A stretch of DNA of 64,000 bases, taken from positions 8,432,001 through 8,496,000 of the forward strand of contig OZ024753.1 in assembly GCA_964016885.1 (NCBI GenBank), given 5' to 3'. Source of the stretch: Eledone cirrhosa (Eukaryota). Below are positions 39,724 through 53,894 of this stretch, piece after piece. Each line of letters starts with the position of its first letter. The stretch's first letter is position 1. A program made the translations under genes and the position numbers. The notes under the pieces are model-generated. The model searched no databases. It saw nothing but the letters and a program-made list of their open reading frames with translations, and was not told where the DNA came from.

Positions 39724-39874
39724 GTCACTATAACCATTTTTCTTGTAGCCAGAATTACTATCACCTTATTGCATGTTATGAAGACGTTACCTGTATATAC
39801 ATATGTGTGTTTATATATATATATATATATATAATCATCATCATTTTATGTCCACTTTTCCCTGCTTGCAAGGG

Positions 39875-40043
<169 letters not shown>

Positions 40044-40094
40044 TAAATATATATATATATATACATATAAATAAATATATATATATATATATAT

Positions 40095-40134
<40 letters not shown>

Positions 40135-40163
40135 CAACACACACCTACATACATACATACATG

Positions 40164-40196
<33 letters not shown>

Positions 40197-40571
40197 GCAC
40201 AATATATATATAAGTATTTACATCCCCTAAACATACACATACACATATAATGTTGTCTGTTTTATCTTTACTGAACAAGTTTTTTTATAGCTTATAGCTA
40301 AGTCTCTGTCCTCTTTATAACAACAATATTATGAATATCTATCATTTGCTCTTGTAACCATTCTCCTGGAATGGTTTTTATTATGCTATCCTGTTACTTC
40401 CGCTAAAAGCAGCATCTACAATATATATGTGACAATATGTTGATTTTTAGAACTGTCTTTATTTATTTCTACATAGGGTCACAGATAAAAGTAGTAGTAG
40501 TAGTTGTAGTAGTAGTAGTAGTAGTAGTAGTTGTAGTAGTAGTTGTAGTAGTAGTAGTTGTAGTAGTAGTT

Positions 40572-40604
<33 letters not shown>

Positions 40605-41510
40605 ATAATACACTTACATACTTGTACATTCAGCTAACTATGAGCTACTTCCTCTTCATATTTTTTCTTTACCTTACAATCATCATAACAACCTTTGCTG
40701 TTACCTAGAAGCCTACAGCGAATGGATGTAGATGACAATATTTTACAATATTTTAGACTCTCTAAACATTATTATCCTTGATGTCATTTATACTATAGTG
40801 GGGTTTTTTTTTTTTTTTTTTTTTATGGCTTGCTTGTGTGTTTATAAATGTTTTTCTATGAGATAAGGGAGGATAATTTTTCATGGATGGTATCCTAATC
40901 AAGTACCATAACTATTATATATATATATATCTGCTAAATATAGATATATATTTCCTCATAACCCTTTACTTGTACATTCCGTTTTAGTATGGCTTCTATA
41001 GCTGGATGCTCTTCCTAATGCCAACCTTTGTACAGTATTTACTAAGTTTGGTTTATCATAGTACCATCACTACCACAATACAGGGAGGACTGCATGCTTT
41101 TTATCATGACATCAGCATCTTTATTTTAATATATTTATTCTTTAGGAACGAAACATCAAGCCTCGTTCGTATGAAAGAATAAATGAACTTGTGATTTCTA
41201 TAATATTCAGAAGAGAATTGTATTTTTTCCCATCTGAATTTATTCATTTCCTCAGATGCTGCCATTAAATTCCAGCTAAACATTGCAGGTATTCTCATAT
41301 AGAGCTCTGATTTGTATAGGAAAAATAGTAAAGAGATATTTGTGGTAATATTCAGTTGTTAAATTAATTTAAGTATTAGACATTGTGCACAGAACAAGGA
41401 AATGATCGACAAGATCCTAGGCTTCATTCGCTTACTGAGTGTTGGTAAAACTCGCCAAATCAAACAAAAAAACTATGTTTCTATTGGTTTTTCCAATTGC
41501 TAACACTATC

Positions 41511-41995
41511 AGGTCACTCTTGAGTGCCACTGGTAGCATGTAACCCAGTACAACCTGTCGCACGGTTGGGTCTTCGGCGACTAAACCAACAGCCCCACCA
41601 AGTTTACTTGGTGAGGAGGGTGATTTTGAATACCCTGCAGGACAAAAAACAAAACCTGACAAATGGTGAAAGAACTCATAAGAGTTAACGGCCATCTGAA
41701 AAAAAAAAAAAATCCTGCCAAATCAATGGGTGGCAGTAGTTCCAGCTGCATCCATTGAAAGACTGGTGTAGTGGTTCTGAAAACAATGAGGCTTTGCAGA
41801 TGATCAATGCAAATTGACAATGGAAAGGCATTGCCGCTCGAGTTAGAAGAGAACTATTGACCTTCTGGAGAAGCAGTGACCCCTGATTGTATTCAGCAAC
41901 CGAAACAAATATAAAGTACACCAAATCCAATGCTCCTAGGGGTGGCCCTGGTTCTTCTTATTTGTGAGTGTAAACTTGGCTAGATTAGATTAGAT
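41511..41995 (+). mobile_element. Full-length short RTE-type retroposon family C (~485 bp, non-coding)
   Basis: Starts AGGTCAC and ends (TAGAT)3. Flanked by a 10-bp TSD with one mismatch: TAACACTATC (41501-41510) and TAATACTATC (41996-42005). Confidence 0.75.
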
Positions 41996-44730
41996 TAATA
42001 CTATCTTCCAGTCGCAATTCCTGGAAAAAGAAGAGAATTAGAGTTGCCTATTAGAAGTAAACAGGGTTCCAACCAGAAAATGAAATCAAATCACAAACTA
42101 AACAATAGTATGTATAATAGATGTTCCATGCCCACTCCATTTCACAGTAAATGCAACATTGCCTCTATGTTACAATTAAATTGTATAATTTTTAATGTTT
42201 TAAGGAAATTTTCGCTAACAGTTATGCAGAGTAAGAATTAATTACTGTTTTCAAAAGGAATTTCTATCTTATAATTAATTTACAAATTAATTAGAATATT
42301 TTTGTCTGCAATCAACACTCCTGCAATTTGATAAAACTCTCATAACTTTACAATTTTATATGAACAATAAAAAATAATTATAAACTTGAAATTTTCATTT
42401 AAAATCAAAAACAACAATAATATCATTAATAACAATTGTAGTAAATGTTGAAATTGTTGAAGTTTCAAGTGCAGAACCGACATATTTTATATTATTACAT
42501 TTATCAATTATCGTAGTATGAGAAATGAAATAGGCAGCAAGTTAGTAAATAAAGAATAGGAATATGAATGATATTACTTTCCTGGTGGCATGATGTTCTT
42601 CATGTTTTTAATGTGGAAAAGATTGACATATTTTCTATTCCTATGATTTAAATTTCAAACTCTTTTAAAAGCAAATATCATTATTAATTACTTCAAAAGT
42701 TAATTGTCAAATAAAAACAAAAGACAAGAAATTTAAAATTTTAAAATTAAATAAAAAACAAAAAAAAAACAACTAGATATTTCTACTCCCTATTCAAAGT
42801 TAGCATTAATTTCCTCAAACTATTAATTCTGTCACGAAACTGATCTTTAAATATTCTAAGTTTTCTTGAGTAAAAATTTTTGTTGCTTTGCTTTCATATC
42901 TTCATTTGGATAATTCAAACGTTTAGGTTGAAAATTTATCAATTGTTTCATCATTTGACAATGGAAATTTTACACCATTTTGATGTAACAGTTAACGGCA
43001 TACAGTTCATCATCATCATCATTTTACGTCCGTTCTTCCATGCGTACATATACATATATAATACTTATATATATATATATATATGTGTGTGTGAACCCAA
43101 TATACCCACTTATTTTTAGTATGTTATAGTACTATAATGATAAATCCATTATACTACTTTTATACCATCTTAACATTGTGTCACTTTATTTATCTTACGT
43201 TGTTAGTGATGGATCACTTTTGAGGCTTCTTCCACTATTCAGCTGAAATAACTCTGTGAAATTACTTTCAAATCTTTTGCTTTTATTACAAGGATATTTA
43301 CTGAAGTATTTTTAAGATAACCCGTATAATATTTCTGCATTATCTCTAGTTTCTGTCTGATACCAAACACTCATGTTGTTGCATGTCTGAAAAATATTCA
43401 CAGCTTTAGTTAGTATATTCGGATTTATTTTGTTTCTATCATGAAAACATAATAGAAACAAAATAAACAGGTATGTATTTTTCGTTTCTTTTACTTGCAT
43501 GGAAAACTAAGAAAAAAAAAAAAGTATTGGGGACATAAAAAAGGCAAATCACGCACATATATATACATTGATAATACAAAATTTACATGGATGTAATTCT
43601 TTAGTATAACAAATATTTTCTAAATTATTCATGCTTTAATCATAAGAGGAAACTTTATTTTTTTTCTAAATCAGGCTTAAAATAAGTAATATATTCTTTC
43701 CTGAAAAATTGTGTATTAAAATCCTTCAAACGTTAATGCATATTTTATTTACATGGTTTGAATAAAAAGAAAAAAAATGAGTATTCACATAATATTCGAT
43801 AATGCTGATTATCTCTAAAAATTCATATTCTAGTTTATTAATAAATTTCCATATTTCTGCCTTGAAATATAATGTAAAAGCATAACACTCTATGGTTTAA
43901 AGGAACAATCATTTTTCTAAAGTATCTTATCTGAATAAGTATGGCTATTTACCTGAGGAAATGTGGGGAAAATGAAATTAAATATATTGAAGGTGAAAGC
44001 GAAAGAATTCTAGATTGAAGATAAAAGATGGTACAAAAACCTTCAGCTGTTTATTGAATATAATTTAATCTGAAGAAAGAACTTATCATTGTACCCATTC
44101 AATTTTAAGATATACATTTACATTTTAGTCCCACTTTTTCGTTTTATCGCAGAGCTTTTCAAATCTCAACCAATATTGAATAATTGGAATAGAGGCCAAT
44201 TGATTCTCATATTGATACAATATTAAGTGAAAGTTTTGTTTGTTCCATATACATGCATTTATAACACAATATGATATGCAGGAAAGTGCATTAAATTGTA
44301 TAATGGAACTTCTCTAATGCCAAACAACTTAAAAATCCAGTTCAAATGCAACATTATGTAAAGTGCGGTGAATAAATTCAGTGGAATAAGAATGAACTCT
44401 ATTACATGGCTTACTACTTAGTATTGATTTCTGACTGAGAGAAGAGGTGAGATTTAATAACATTCATATCATTGCTATGTTTAAAGAGAGATATACAGGA
44501 ACTGAGAATTAACAGATAAGATTTGATACCAACTTACAATCTTATATGCCTTTGGGCATGAATGACCATAGGATTTTCAATTAGAAAGTACCATTAGTAT
44601 GGGCAAGGCTAGAAAGTTCCACAGAGACTGGGCAAGTTTTTTGTGGAAGACCATCAGTGTCCCATGAATGTCAGTCTTCTATTTCCACAAAACCAATGTT
44701 GCCCCCCCCCCCCCCAAAAAAAAAGGCAAA

Positions 44731-45171
44731 AGCGCATGGCTTAGTGGTTAGAGCATTGGGCTTGCAATCGAAAGGTTGTGAGTTCAATTCTCGGACCGGG
44801 TGATGTGTTGTTTCCTTGAGCAAGACACTTTATTTCACATTGCTCCAGTTTACTCAGATGTAGAAATGAGATGATAGGGACTGGGGTCCTTATCATTCCA
44901 CTGCAAAGTGGTCGTGGAGGTGCCACGGCAAAAAAGCACCCAGCACTCACTGTAAAGTGGACGTGTAGGCGCCACGGAAAAAAAAAAAGTACCCACCACT
45001 CACTATAAATGAGGTTGGTGTTAGGAAGGGCATCCACCTGTAGAAATCAAGCCAGAATCAGTTCCCGTATGAGCAAGACAAGGTCAACCGACTGGCCACT
45101 GCCCACAACAGGACAACCCGTTTAACCCATGCTAGCGTGGAAGAACGGATGTAAAAACGGTGATGATGATG
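44731..45171 (+). mobile_element. CORE-type SINE family A (longer-tail variant)
   Basis: Head, CORE, duplicated internal unit and (GAT)n tail. Confidence 0.85.
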
Positions 45172-45200
45172 CAGCTTTGAACTAGTGATGTCACAATTCA

Positions 45201-45335
45201 TTTCTACAGCTGAGTAAACTGAGTAACGTGAAATAAAGTTTCTTACTCACGGACACAACACGCTCCTTGTCCAGGAATCGAACTCACAACCTGGTGATTG
45301 TAAGCCCAGTGCTCTAACCACTAAACCATGCGCCT
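45201..45335 (-). mobile_element. CORE-type SINE head, diverged
   Basis: Minus strand GGTTTAGTGGTTAGAGC...GAGTTCGATTCC plus the CORE-like block. Confidence 0.7.
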
Positions 45336-45684
45336 TATACATAACATGCTTTACTAGCTTCATAAAAGATTTTAGCAGATGTATGCATAAAACTGCAGAT
45401 TTAACAGTTTTGACATGACCATCACCACCTAGAATACCCTGGTTGTGTGATTCATAACCATTTGCATAAATAATGAAATTTAAATCCACCATAACAATAA
45501 ATAATTCTTTTATTTGGTTATTTCAAACACTAATTATTTAATAAAACTCTTCTAAATTCTAAAAATTTCAACCAATTAATTGAAACACCTGAGCAGAATA
45601 TTTCATGTGAAATATGATCACAAAAGGATAAAGTAAGAGGAACAAGCTTAATTATTGTAGCTTAAATCTTACCTTGCTGAAGTC

Positions 45685-46135
45685 CATGAGAAATATGTGG
45701 ATGCCACATGTGAAATGTATCACTACCACATGAGAAATGTACAAGTACCACATGAATGTCAAGGTACCACATGGGAAATATATAGGCATCATAGGTAGAA
45801 ATGTATATCTACCACATGTGAAATGTATAGAAACCACTTTAGAAATGTATAGGCACCACTTGAGAAATGTATCAGCAACACTTGAGAAATGTTAAGGTAC
45901 TACATAAGAAATGCTGAGGTACCACATGGGAAATGTATAGATACCACATGTGAAATGTATAGGTACCACATGTGAAATGCATAGGTACTACATGGGAAAT
46001 GTCGAGGTATAACATGTGGAATGTATAGGTACCATGTGGGAAATGTATAGACACCACATGAGAAAAGTATAAGCACCACATGAGAAATGTATCAGTACCA
46101 CATTATAAAAGGGTAGGTACTACATGGGAAAATGT
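45685..46135. repeat. 22-bp minisatellite
   Basis: About 20 diverged copies of CCACATGTGAAATGTATAGGTA. Confidence 0.85.
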
Positions 46136-46393
46136 GTGAGAATGATATTCAATGGTTTCTAGTTCTGGTATTTTATCAACCTCAGGGAGATTTGAATTCA
46201 GAATATAAAGGTGTTAATTAAATAGCACGAGGTGGTGGACATCGACTTTATTTGAAAGCTGTTATGTATGTACATTCATGTGTACATATATATATCTATG
46301 TGTGTATACATGTGTGTTTGTGTACATACATACACACATATATGCAGGTATGTACATATACATATGTAAATATGTATATGTAAATATATATAC

Positions 46394-46455
<62 letters not shown>

Positions 46456-46584
46456 AAAGTTATATTTAAATTGTTGGGTTAACAACGAGTAAATATTTAT
46501 AACTGATATAAAAGCACTCAACAAGTATTTGGAGTATATTTATGATATTAAATAAATGGAAACTATATTTATAAAACCATATTT

Positions 46585-46648
46585 ATTTCGTTATATATAT
46601 TTCAGGGATATCATATTAACAATATGTTATGCCTTCTTCAGACAAAAT
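46585..46648 (-). ncRNA. Type-I hammerhead ribozyme of the Penelope-like element
   Basis: ATTTTGT-CTGAAGA-AGGCATAACATATT gtt AATATGATATCCCT-GAAA-TATATA-TA-ACGAAAT: 7-bp stem I, 14-bp stem II with 2 mismatches, AUA triplet. Confidence 0.75.
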
Positions 46649-47930
46649 ACAATATAAACAGTCTTATAAATAAATAGATACGACATACCTTTCAATCACC
46701 TTGCATTTGGGAGGTTGATTTGGCAGTAAAAAATATTGTGGACAGTTGTAGAAAGAAAGAAAGAGAAACGAAGAAAAAGAAGAAATGCATGTGACTAAAT
46801 AGAGAGATATAGAAAGATAGATAAAGAGAAGAACTTCGTGTAAAGAAACAGAGAGAAATATATATAGAGAGAGGAAAAAAGAAAGAGATAGATAGAGATA
46901 GATAGAGAAACTAGGAAGTTGAGTATCGGTTGATACATTTATTTATTTATTTATTTATTTATTTAGCTCTAGTATTAATGTAAAGAGAGATGTATGTAGT
47001 TAAGAGAGAAAATAGCCGTTATATAGAGAGAAAAAAGAGAAAATGAAAAAGAGAAAATGAAAAATAACCAGACATAAACGAGGCAGAATTTAAAAACGCT
47101 ATGTTTCATCCTCTAGAAAATATTAGTTCGTATAAAACAGGCATAATAATGTAAATATCAGTATTCATGAATGAGACATGTATCTATAATGTGTGAAAAG
47201 TAATGATCTTATGTCTAGTTTTTAAAAATTCATATGTTTATATCATAATTATAAACAAACTCCCAATTCACACGAAAACATTCTCATTGTGCTATAAAAA
47301 TTCAAGTATACATATATGTGTGTATATATACACATATATATAGAGTCTATATTAATTTTAACAATACTATTCTTGTCTTTACTCTACATGATTGTCGATC
47401 AAGCAGAAATAGAGAACAGATTTCAATATATTAATAAAAATAAAAATAAAAATAAAAATAAAAATATCAGAGACAAGAAAATAAATAAATAAACAAACAG
47501 AAAACTAAAACATTTAATATTAAAAATAAAAAATATTACAAAATATTAAAAAATAATAAAAATAAAACATAGTATGCCACGCAAATCGGCCACAGAGATC
47601 AGCCTTTCAAAGTTAATTGACAATATATTGCCAAGTTCATCATAAGCATCAGAGTCGAAACAGATAAAACAAAAATTGTTTACCAAATCCTGTCTAGCAG
47701 AAATCATTCCAAAAGTTTAGGATACCCATTTGGTCTACATATGTTCTTATATTTAATATAGAAGTTTATCTAGTGTAAAATTTAATTCGATATATTTGGA
47801 GCATCAGCTTTTAGGGTAGTTTAATTATTCATGAAGAATGTTTTAATAAAAAGAATGTTTTAATAAAAAGAAGAAATCGAAAGATTTATCGGCTAGTTTC
47901 ATAAATAATTACAAATCAAATCAAACATAA

Positions 47931-48850
47931 CTACATTTTAAATTTAAATTTATATTTAAACGTTGAGTTCAATCTATGTCTGCAGCAACTGAATAAATTT
48001 GTCCGTAGATTAAGGGAATTTTTAGATTTTAGAATAAAGAATATCTCCTCCGCACAGAGGTCACATGTCTCAGAGGATGAATTAAAAGGAATCCCCCTTG
48101 AAACTATATTCCAAGTCGTCGAATATCTAACGTTATCATGCCTAAGTTGCCAGAGTACGCCTGATAGTGCTGTTGAAGATTTTTTGGATGGATCTGTGAA
48201 AGAATTCTTGTGGTTGTTATAGCGAAGTTTAAATTGCGTCGATGTAGAACCAACGTAGTTAAAAGAATTAACGTCCGTTTTAACATTACAGTTGTATATT
48301 ATATTTTTAACTAAGCAGTTGTTATTTAACGGACATTTAGATCTATCTTTACAGTTACATTTGTTAACTTGGATATTATTTATGCTATTATCGCTAGGTT
48401 TTAAGTTCCTGTTATTTATTCTATTAATATTTTGCACTAAATTTTTGGTGGATGAGTAGGTTAGTTTTATAGTATGTCTATTGAAAATTGAGTGATACCT
48501 ATGTGTTCTAGGGAAGCGATTATCAAGAGCTTTAAAAAATAGTTTAGCAATGTGGGTTTTAATGTTTAGTGAGAAAGGGGGGGGCAAACCATATTATATT
48601 CCTAGTTCTATTTCTTTTATGGCTTTTGGAATTATTGTAATGCTTTCTATTATAGTTGTTAAGGTTGTGGCCGTAATTAAAATAGTTGTTATTTTGTTTA
48701 ATTTGTTTATCATTATCTATGTACATAATTTTATCACTATATCCTGCTCTAGCTAACGCTTCATTGTAATAATGGGCTTTTTCGTCGAAAATCTTTTTAT
48801 TAGATGAGATTCTAGAGATACGTGATTGAACAGAGTTTACTATAGTATTT
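47931..48850 (-). pseudogene. Penelope-like retroelement ORF C-terminus (thumb/linker plus GIY-YIG endonuclease), frameshifted
   Basis: RISRISSN...F......Y..AL...GY...NIIWFAPPF / SLNIKT...FP..H.YHSIFNRHTIKLTYS...CNC....CPL...C...NIIY....YVGST...FK.RY.NHK.SF......TALS...W...CDLC..E...LN.R....CRHR. Frameshift in the G-run at about 48577-48585. Confidence 0.88.
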
Positions 48851-48950
48851 TTATATATATATATATCACCCCCATCCCCCACTCTCAAGCGCGTGAAACT
48901 AATAAACCTTTGTTTGTACTGCCTCTCTGTTTTCGTTCCTGTTCCAATTT

Positions 48951-49033
<83 letters not shown>

Positions 49034-49114
49034 GTAAATATATATATATATATATTTAAATCTACAGGGATTGAAGATTCAAGACCTTAGGGGTATGTTA
49101 TATAAACAATCTCT

Positions 49115-49185
49115 TATATATTTTATCTGATGAAAACGTACTGAAACACCATTGTACCTTTGAAATATGTATAATAAAATATATA
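49115..49185 (+). ncRNA. Type-I hammerhead ribozyme in an isolated pLTR fragment
   Basis: TATATATTTTAT-CTGATGA-AAAcGTAC...GTACcTTT-GAAA-TATGTA-TA-ATAAAATATATA: 12-bp stem I, AUA triplet. Confidence 0.72.
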
Positions 49186-49217
49186 CTTTGGTTATGATAT
49201 ATATATATATGTATGTA

Positions 49218-49513
49218 TCGAAAGGTTGTGAGTTCAATTCTCAGACCGAGTGATGTGTTGTTTCCTTGAGCAAGACACTTCATTTCACATTGCTCCAGTT
49301 TACTCAGCTGTAGAAATGAGATGATAGGGACTGGGTTCCCTATCATTCCACTGCAAAGTGGTTGTGGAGGTGCCACGGCAAAAAAGCAACCAGCACTCAC
49401 TGTAAATGAGGTTGGTGTTAGGAAGGGCATCCAGCTGTAGAAATCAAGCCACAATCAGTTCCCGTCCCACCCTTGCAAGCAGGGAAAAGCGGACATGAAA
49501 ATGATGATGATGA
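49218..49513 (+). mobile_element. CORE-type SINE family A, 5'-truncated
   Basis: Starts at ATCGAAAGGTTGTGAG; tail intact. Confidence 0.85.
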
Positions 49514-49991
49514 TATATATATATTTATATATATGTATATGTGTATGAAAATATATATAAATGTGTGTGTTAAGTAAGCACAATATCAAATTGTTCTGGC
49601 TAATGAAAATAAAAATAGTGTTTCCGGCTTTAGCATTGTCAATACAAATGGGGGGCTTTTTGGGGGTTTTTTTTGGCAACTTTATTTTCTTTATATTCTC
49701 TCATTAAGTTTATAAATCCAGGAGTAAAATGTTGAATGGTATTAAAGTAAAAAGGAAAGGCAACAAATGTGTTTCATTCTCAGTAAGATTTGGCTTTAAA
49801 ACATGAATTACTAACAAACAACATTTCTAAACTTCCCACCTACTCCATCATATTTCTAAATATTTTAGAATTACAACCATAATTCTGTAGTACTTTTACA
49901 AATGCATCAGTGCTATTACACATACATATGTGTGTGTGTATATATATTTATATATATATATGTGTATCTATATATATATATATGTATCTAA

Positions 49992-50022
<31 letters not shown>

Positions 50023-50116
50023 TGTATGTATGTATGTATGTATGTATGTATGTATGTGTGTGTGTGGAAAATGGATGTTAAATGATATATATATATATAT
50101 ATACATATATGTATAT

Positions 50117-50147
<31 letters not shown>

Positions 50148-50799
50148 CACATATATATGTGTGTGTACACATACATATATATGTGTGCATATATATATAT
50201 ACACATACATATATGTGTTTGTGTATATATATATATATATACACAGGCATATATATATATGTATATACACACACATATATACACATGCATATATATATAT
50301 ACACACATATACACATACATACATATATATATACACACACATACATATATATACACACATATACGTATATATATATATATATACACACACACATACATAT
50401 AGAGCTGGTTTTTATTCTCTCATGAAATTCGTTGATAAAACAACAACAATAATAAGATTCATTATCATTTTTGTATAGAATTAGGAAGAGGGTGTCTTTA
50501 TTTTTGCTTTGTTTTTAATTATATGTGTATTTTTTGTGTCTTTGTGGGACACAAAAGTTACATTATATGACACTAGTGAAATATGGGAATGCCAGGATTT
50601 CTGATAGAGAAACATAATTCTTCAGATAAAAATAGAAAATGTGTCCATTAAATAAATGTTTTATGCATAATAAGAATTGTTTAATGAATAATAAGCATTT
50701 TCAATAAAGAAGTGATTGGTAGGTGCCTCAATATACATTTACATATATCTACATATATACACTCTCACATGCATGCTCTTGTGTGTGTGTATATATATG

Positions 50800-50904
<105 letters not shown>

Positions 50905-50955
50905 GTATATATGTATATATATATATATGTATATATATATGTATATATATATATG

Positions 50956-50987
<32 letters not shown>

Positions 50988-51093
50988 TGTATATATTTAT
51001 ATATATATATGTATATATTTATATATATATGTATATATTTATATATATATGTATATATTTATATATATATGTATATATATATATATATGTATA

Positions 51094-51136
<43 letters not shown>

Positions 51137-51254
51137 ATATATATATAATATATATATATATTATAATATGTTTGTGTGTATATATGTATATATTCATATA
51201 TATATATATATATATATACATTTATACATGTGTGTGTGTATATATGTATGTTAA

Positions 51255-51485
51255 ACCACTGGGAGAGAAGGACCCCTAGCCTTTGTCAGGGCATTCTTCT
51301 CGGAGAAGGCAACTCGGGAAACTGGGATAACTCTGATATAAAACCTGTGGCTCAGTAGTTACCGATGATGTTGATCTTTTCTTCTTTCCGAGTTATAGCT
51401 ACTGTCGCCCAGAGAGTGGGATTGGCTCAGTGCAGAGTTTTTCCTCACTTTAAAAAATATCTTCACGCACAGGCATTGCACGATA
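51255..51485 (+). mobile_element. RTE-like 5' UTR fragment
   Basis: GGCA......CGGAGAAGG.AACTC...AACTCTGATATAAAACC resembles the GGAGAAGGAAAACTCTGA.T..AAACC motif of RTE leaders (from memory). Confidence 0.4.
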
Positions 51486-52254
51486 GAATTAATTAATAAT
51501 TATTAATAATGGTATATCGTGCAATGGCCATACTCAATAACGAGGGGGCAGCCATCATATATAGATATGTTTCTTTTATTTGCCACAAGGGCATCAAAAG
51601 TGGGACAAGTACAATGGGGGGAGTTTACAAAACAAGGCGTCCTCAATAGGGAGGAGGCAATAACAATATATAAAAATAAAATAAAATATAACAAAAAATA
51701 GAATTATAACAAAATCCTCAATAGAGGATTTTGTTATAAAATATAACAAAAAATAAAATTTATAACAAAATTCTCAATAGAGAGGAGGCGCCTTGGGGGG
51801 TCGCACACACCCCCGAAAAAAGTGTGCAACCCTTTTCCTCAGGAGCACAGAGAGGGGGTGCTCCCTCGTTCCTTCCTCTTTTCCACCTACAGGCTTATGT
51901 AAAGAGAAGGCCCATTCACACGGGCCATTCTCGCCACTTTCACCCACCTTTCATAAAAACGATTGGGGTGCAGCACCTCTCTCTCCATCCTGATCCTTCT
52001 TCCATCATATATAGATAGATAGATATGTATGTGTGTGTGTGTTTGAAACACACAATAAACCTAAGAAGCATAACATTACTAACAAAACGTTACAAACCTA
52101 ATTCTCATTCTTGATTTTTCTCTTTTTCTCCCTTAATCTTATTTTATTCCCCAAAAGTCGCCATTTTGGTTTTGTGTTGTGAATATGTGGTGTGTAATTT
52201 TGTACTAAATATGAGTTCAAAACCCACTGTCACCATGAAACTTACTGAGAACAT

Positions 52255-52470
52255 GGATTGCCAGTATCGGTAGAGGGTCAGACACCATGCTCTGCAGCAT
52301 AGAGTTACGGCCCTTTACGATCTGAGTTCAAATCCCGCCGAAGTTAACTCTGCCTTTCATCCTTACGGAGTCAATGAAATAAAGTACCAGTCACGCACTG
52401 GGGTCGATTTAATCGACTTTCACCTCCCTCAAAATTGATGGCTTTGTGTCTATAGTAGAAACCATTATAT
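52255..52470 (+). mobile_element. SINE family B, subfamily with alternative 3' half
   Basis: Head and core as in family B, then GGGGTCGATTTAATCGACT, similar to the 1745-1950 copy. Confidence 0.75.
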
Positions 52471-52625
52471 ATCTTAAGAACTGTATAAAAATCACACCAT
52501 TTTTACTCTGACTATTCTGAAAATAGAAGCTTTTGCCATATTTTTGACTAAAGAAATTTTAGCCTGATAGTGGCGTTTAGAACTTCTAAGAAATGGAATA
52601 CTCATCTTATATGCATATATATATA

Positions 52626-53136
52626 TAATGTATAATAAACAATACAATATAATTACCTCATTACCAGAGGTTTTCCGAATAAGACGAATATGAAAAACGT
52701 CCTCATTCGTTCGTCGGACAAGGCAATTTAAAACATAGTGAAATATTTGGAAAGTCTCCTCAAGAAATGCAAAACACATACAAACAAAAGCAATGCAAGA
52801 GACATATAAAAAAAAGTCTCCTCAAGAAATGCAAAAAACATACAAACAAAAGCAATGCAAGAGACAAATTAAAAAAAAATTTTATGTGTCTCTTGCATTG
52901 CTTTGGTTTGTATGTTATTTGCATTTCTTGAGGAGACTTTCCAAATATTTCACTATGTTTTAAATTGCCTTGTCCGACGAATGAATGAGGACGTTTTTCG
53001 TATTCGTCTTATTCGGGAAACCTCTGGTAATGAGGTAATTATATTGTATTGTTTATTATACATTAAATTTTGCTCTGGTACTTACATAGAGCACTCTTCA
53101 CTCCTATAACTTTTTCAATTTTCAACGGAAACTTCA

Positions 53137-53140
<4 letters not shown>
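52626..53140. mobile_element. Fold-back insert (~185-bp arms) plus tail
   Basis: 52626-52812 is the near-perfect reverse complement of about 52880-53064; the spacer is a ~60-bp direct duplication; tail TGCTCTGG..ATAGAGCACT. Confidence 0.7.
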
Positions 53141-53175
<35 letters not shown>

Positions 53176-53206
53176 AACAAGGAAAGTGTGGTAAGGAATA
53201 TATATA

Positions 53207-53282
53207 TATTGCCATAGAGATCCTTATTTGTTGGGTGTTCCCTCCAAGACACGTTTAAAGCAGCATGGAGGAAACGTGTCGT
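53207..53282 (-). mobile_element. Small RTE ORF fragment
   Basis: TRFLHAALNVSWREHPTNKDLYGNI, homologous to the 21360-21460 segment. Confidence 0.65.
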
Positions 53283-53313
53283 AGAAAGCCGAGCAAGCTC
53301 GACCTGATGATGA

Positions 53314-53364
<51 letters not shown>

Positions 53365-53579
53365 GGATAACAAGTTATCATTCTAGGTAATCCAGTTAGA
53401 GGTTGTGAGTACTCTGTACTATGGATAGTTTTAACGTACGGTGTTGTTTGACTCAATAAGAGGTTCCCTTAGTTAGGTAGCGAGTTTGCGAGAATTCCCA
53501 TACAGGTTATTCTTGGAGTAATAGTAGTGAAAGAGTGAAGAATAACATGGTCGGCTGTACAAAAAGGGTTTTATTTACA

Positions 53580-53690
53580 GTATTAACAATTGTTTCATTG
53601 ATCAGGTGAGTCTAAAGGCCGCTGATCATTAGAAGTTGGGTCACTCGACCTTAAATACAGTGTGTGTCTCTGATCAAATCATCGGAATAC
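53580..53690 (-). ncRNA. Variant or decayed hammerhead with ~80-nt stem II
   Basis: GTATT-CCGATGA-tTTGATCAG...CTGATCAAt-GAAA-CAATTG-TT-AATAC. The core has C in place of U4 and a GUU triplet. Enclosed by ~32-bp inverted repeats (53528-53559 and 53687-53720). Confidence 0.5.
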
Positions 53691-53856
53691 AGCCGACCAT
53701 GTTATTTTTTACTCTTTCACTATATATATATATATACATATGTATGTATATATAATGGCTGACTATATATACACATGCTTTTCCTCAAAATATTTTTGTC
53801 TATTCCTTCTTCTTCTCACTCTTTATCTTTCTATTTCATCTTTTATTCCTCTCTCT

Positions 53857-53894
53857 ATTTTCTGATGAAGGACTAGTGTCTGAAACGTAAAGAC
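53857..53894 (+). ncRNA. Minimal hammerhead-like motif
   Basis: CTGATGA-aGGAC tagt GTCT-GAAA-CG-TA with loopless ACGT stem III and a weak stem I. A related copy at 61103-61138 (minus) lacks the G of GAAA. Confidence 0.5.

Larger units (their letters stand above)
46455..48850 (-). mobile_element. 5'-truncated Penelope-like element: linker plus GIY-YIG ORF, long 3' region and hammerhead-bearing pLTR
   Basis: GIY-YIG ORF followed on the same strand by a hammerhead (46585-46648) and the TACTCC...GAGTGCT tail. Both ends lie in (TA)n. Confidence 0.75.

Noticed and set aside
52975-53040. Hammerhead-like ATGAGGA...GAAACC.GGTA in the 52626-53064 fold-back
   Set aside because: It has no CUGA core and no convincing stem I.
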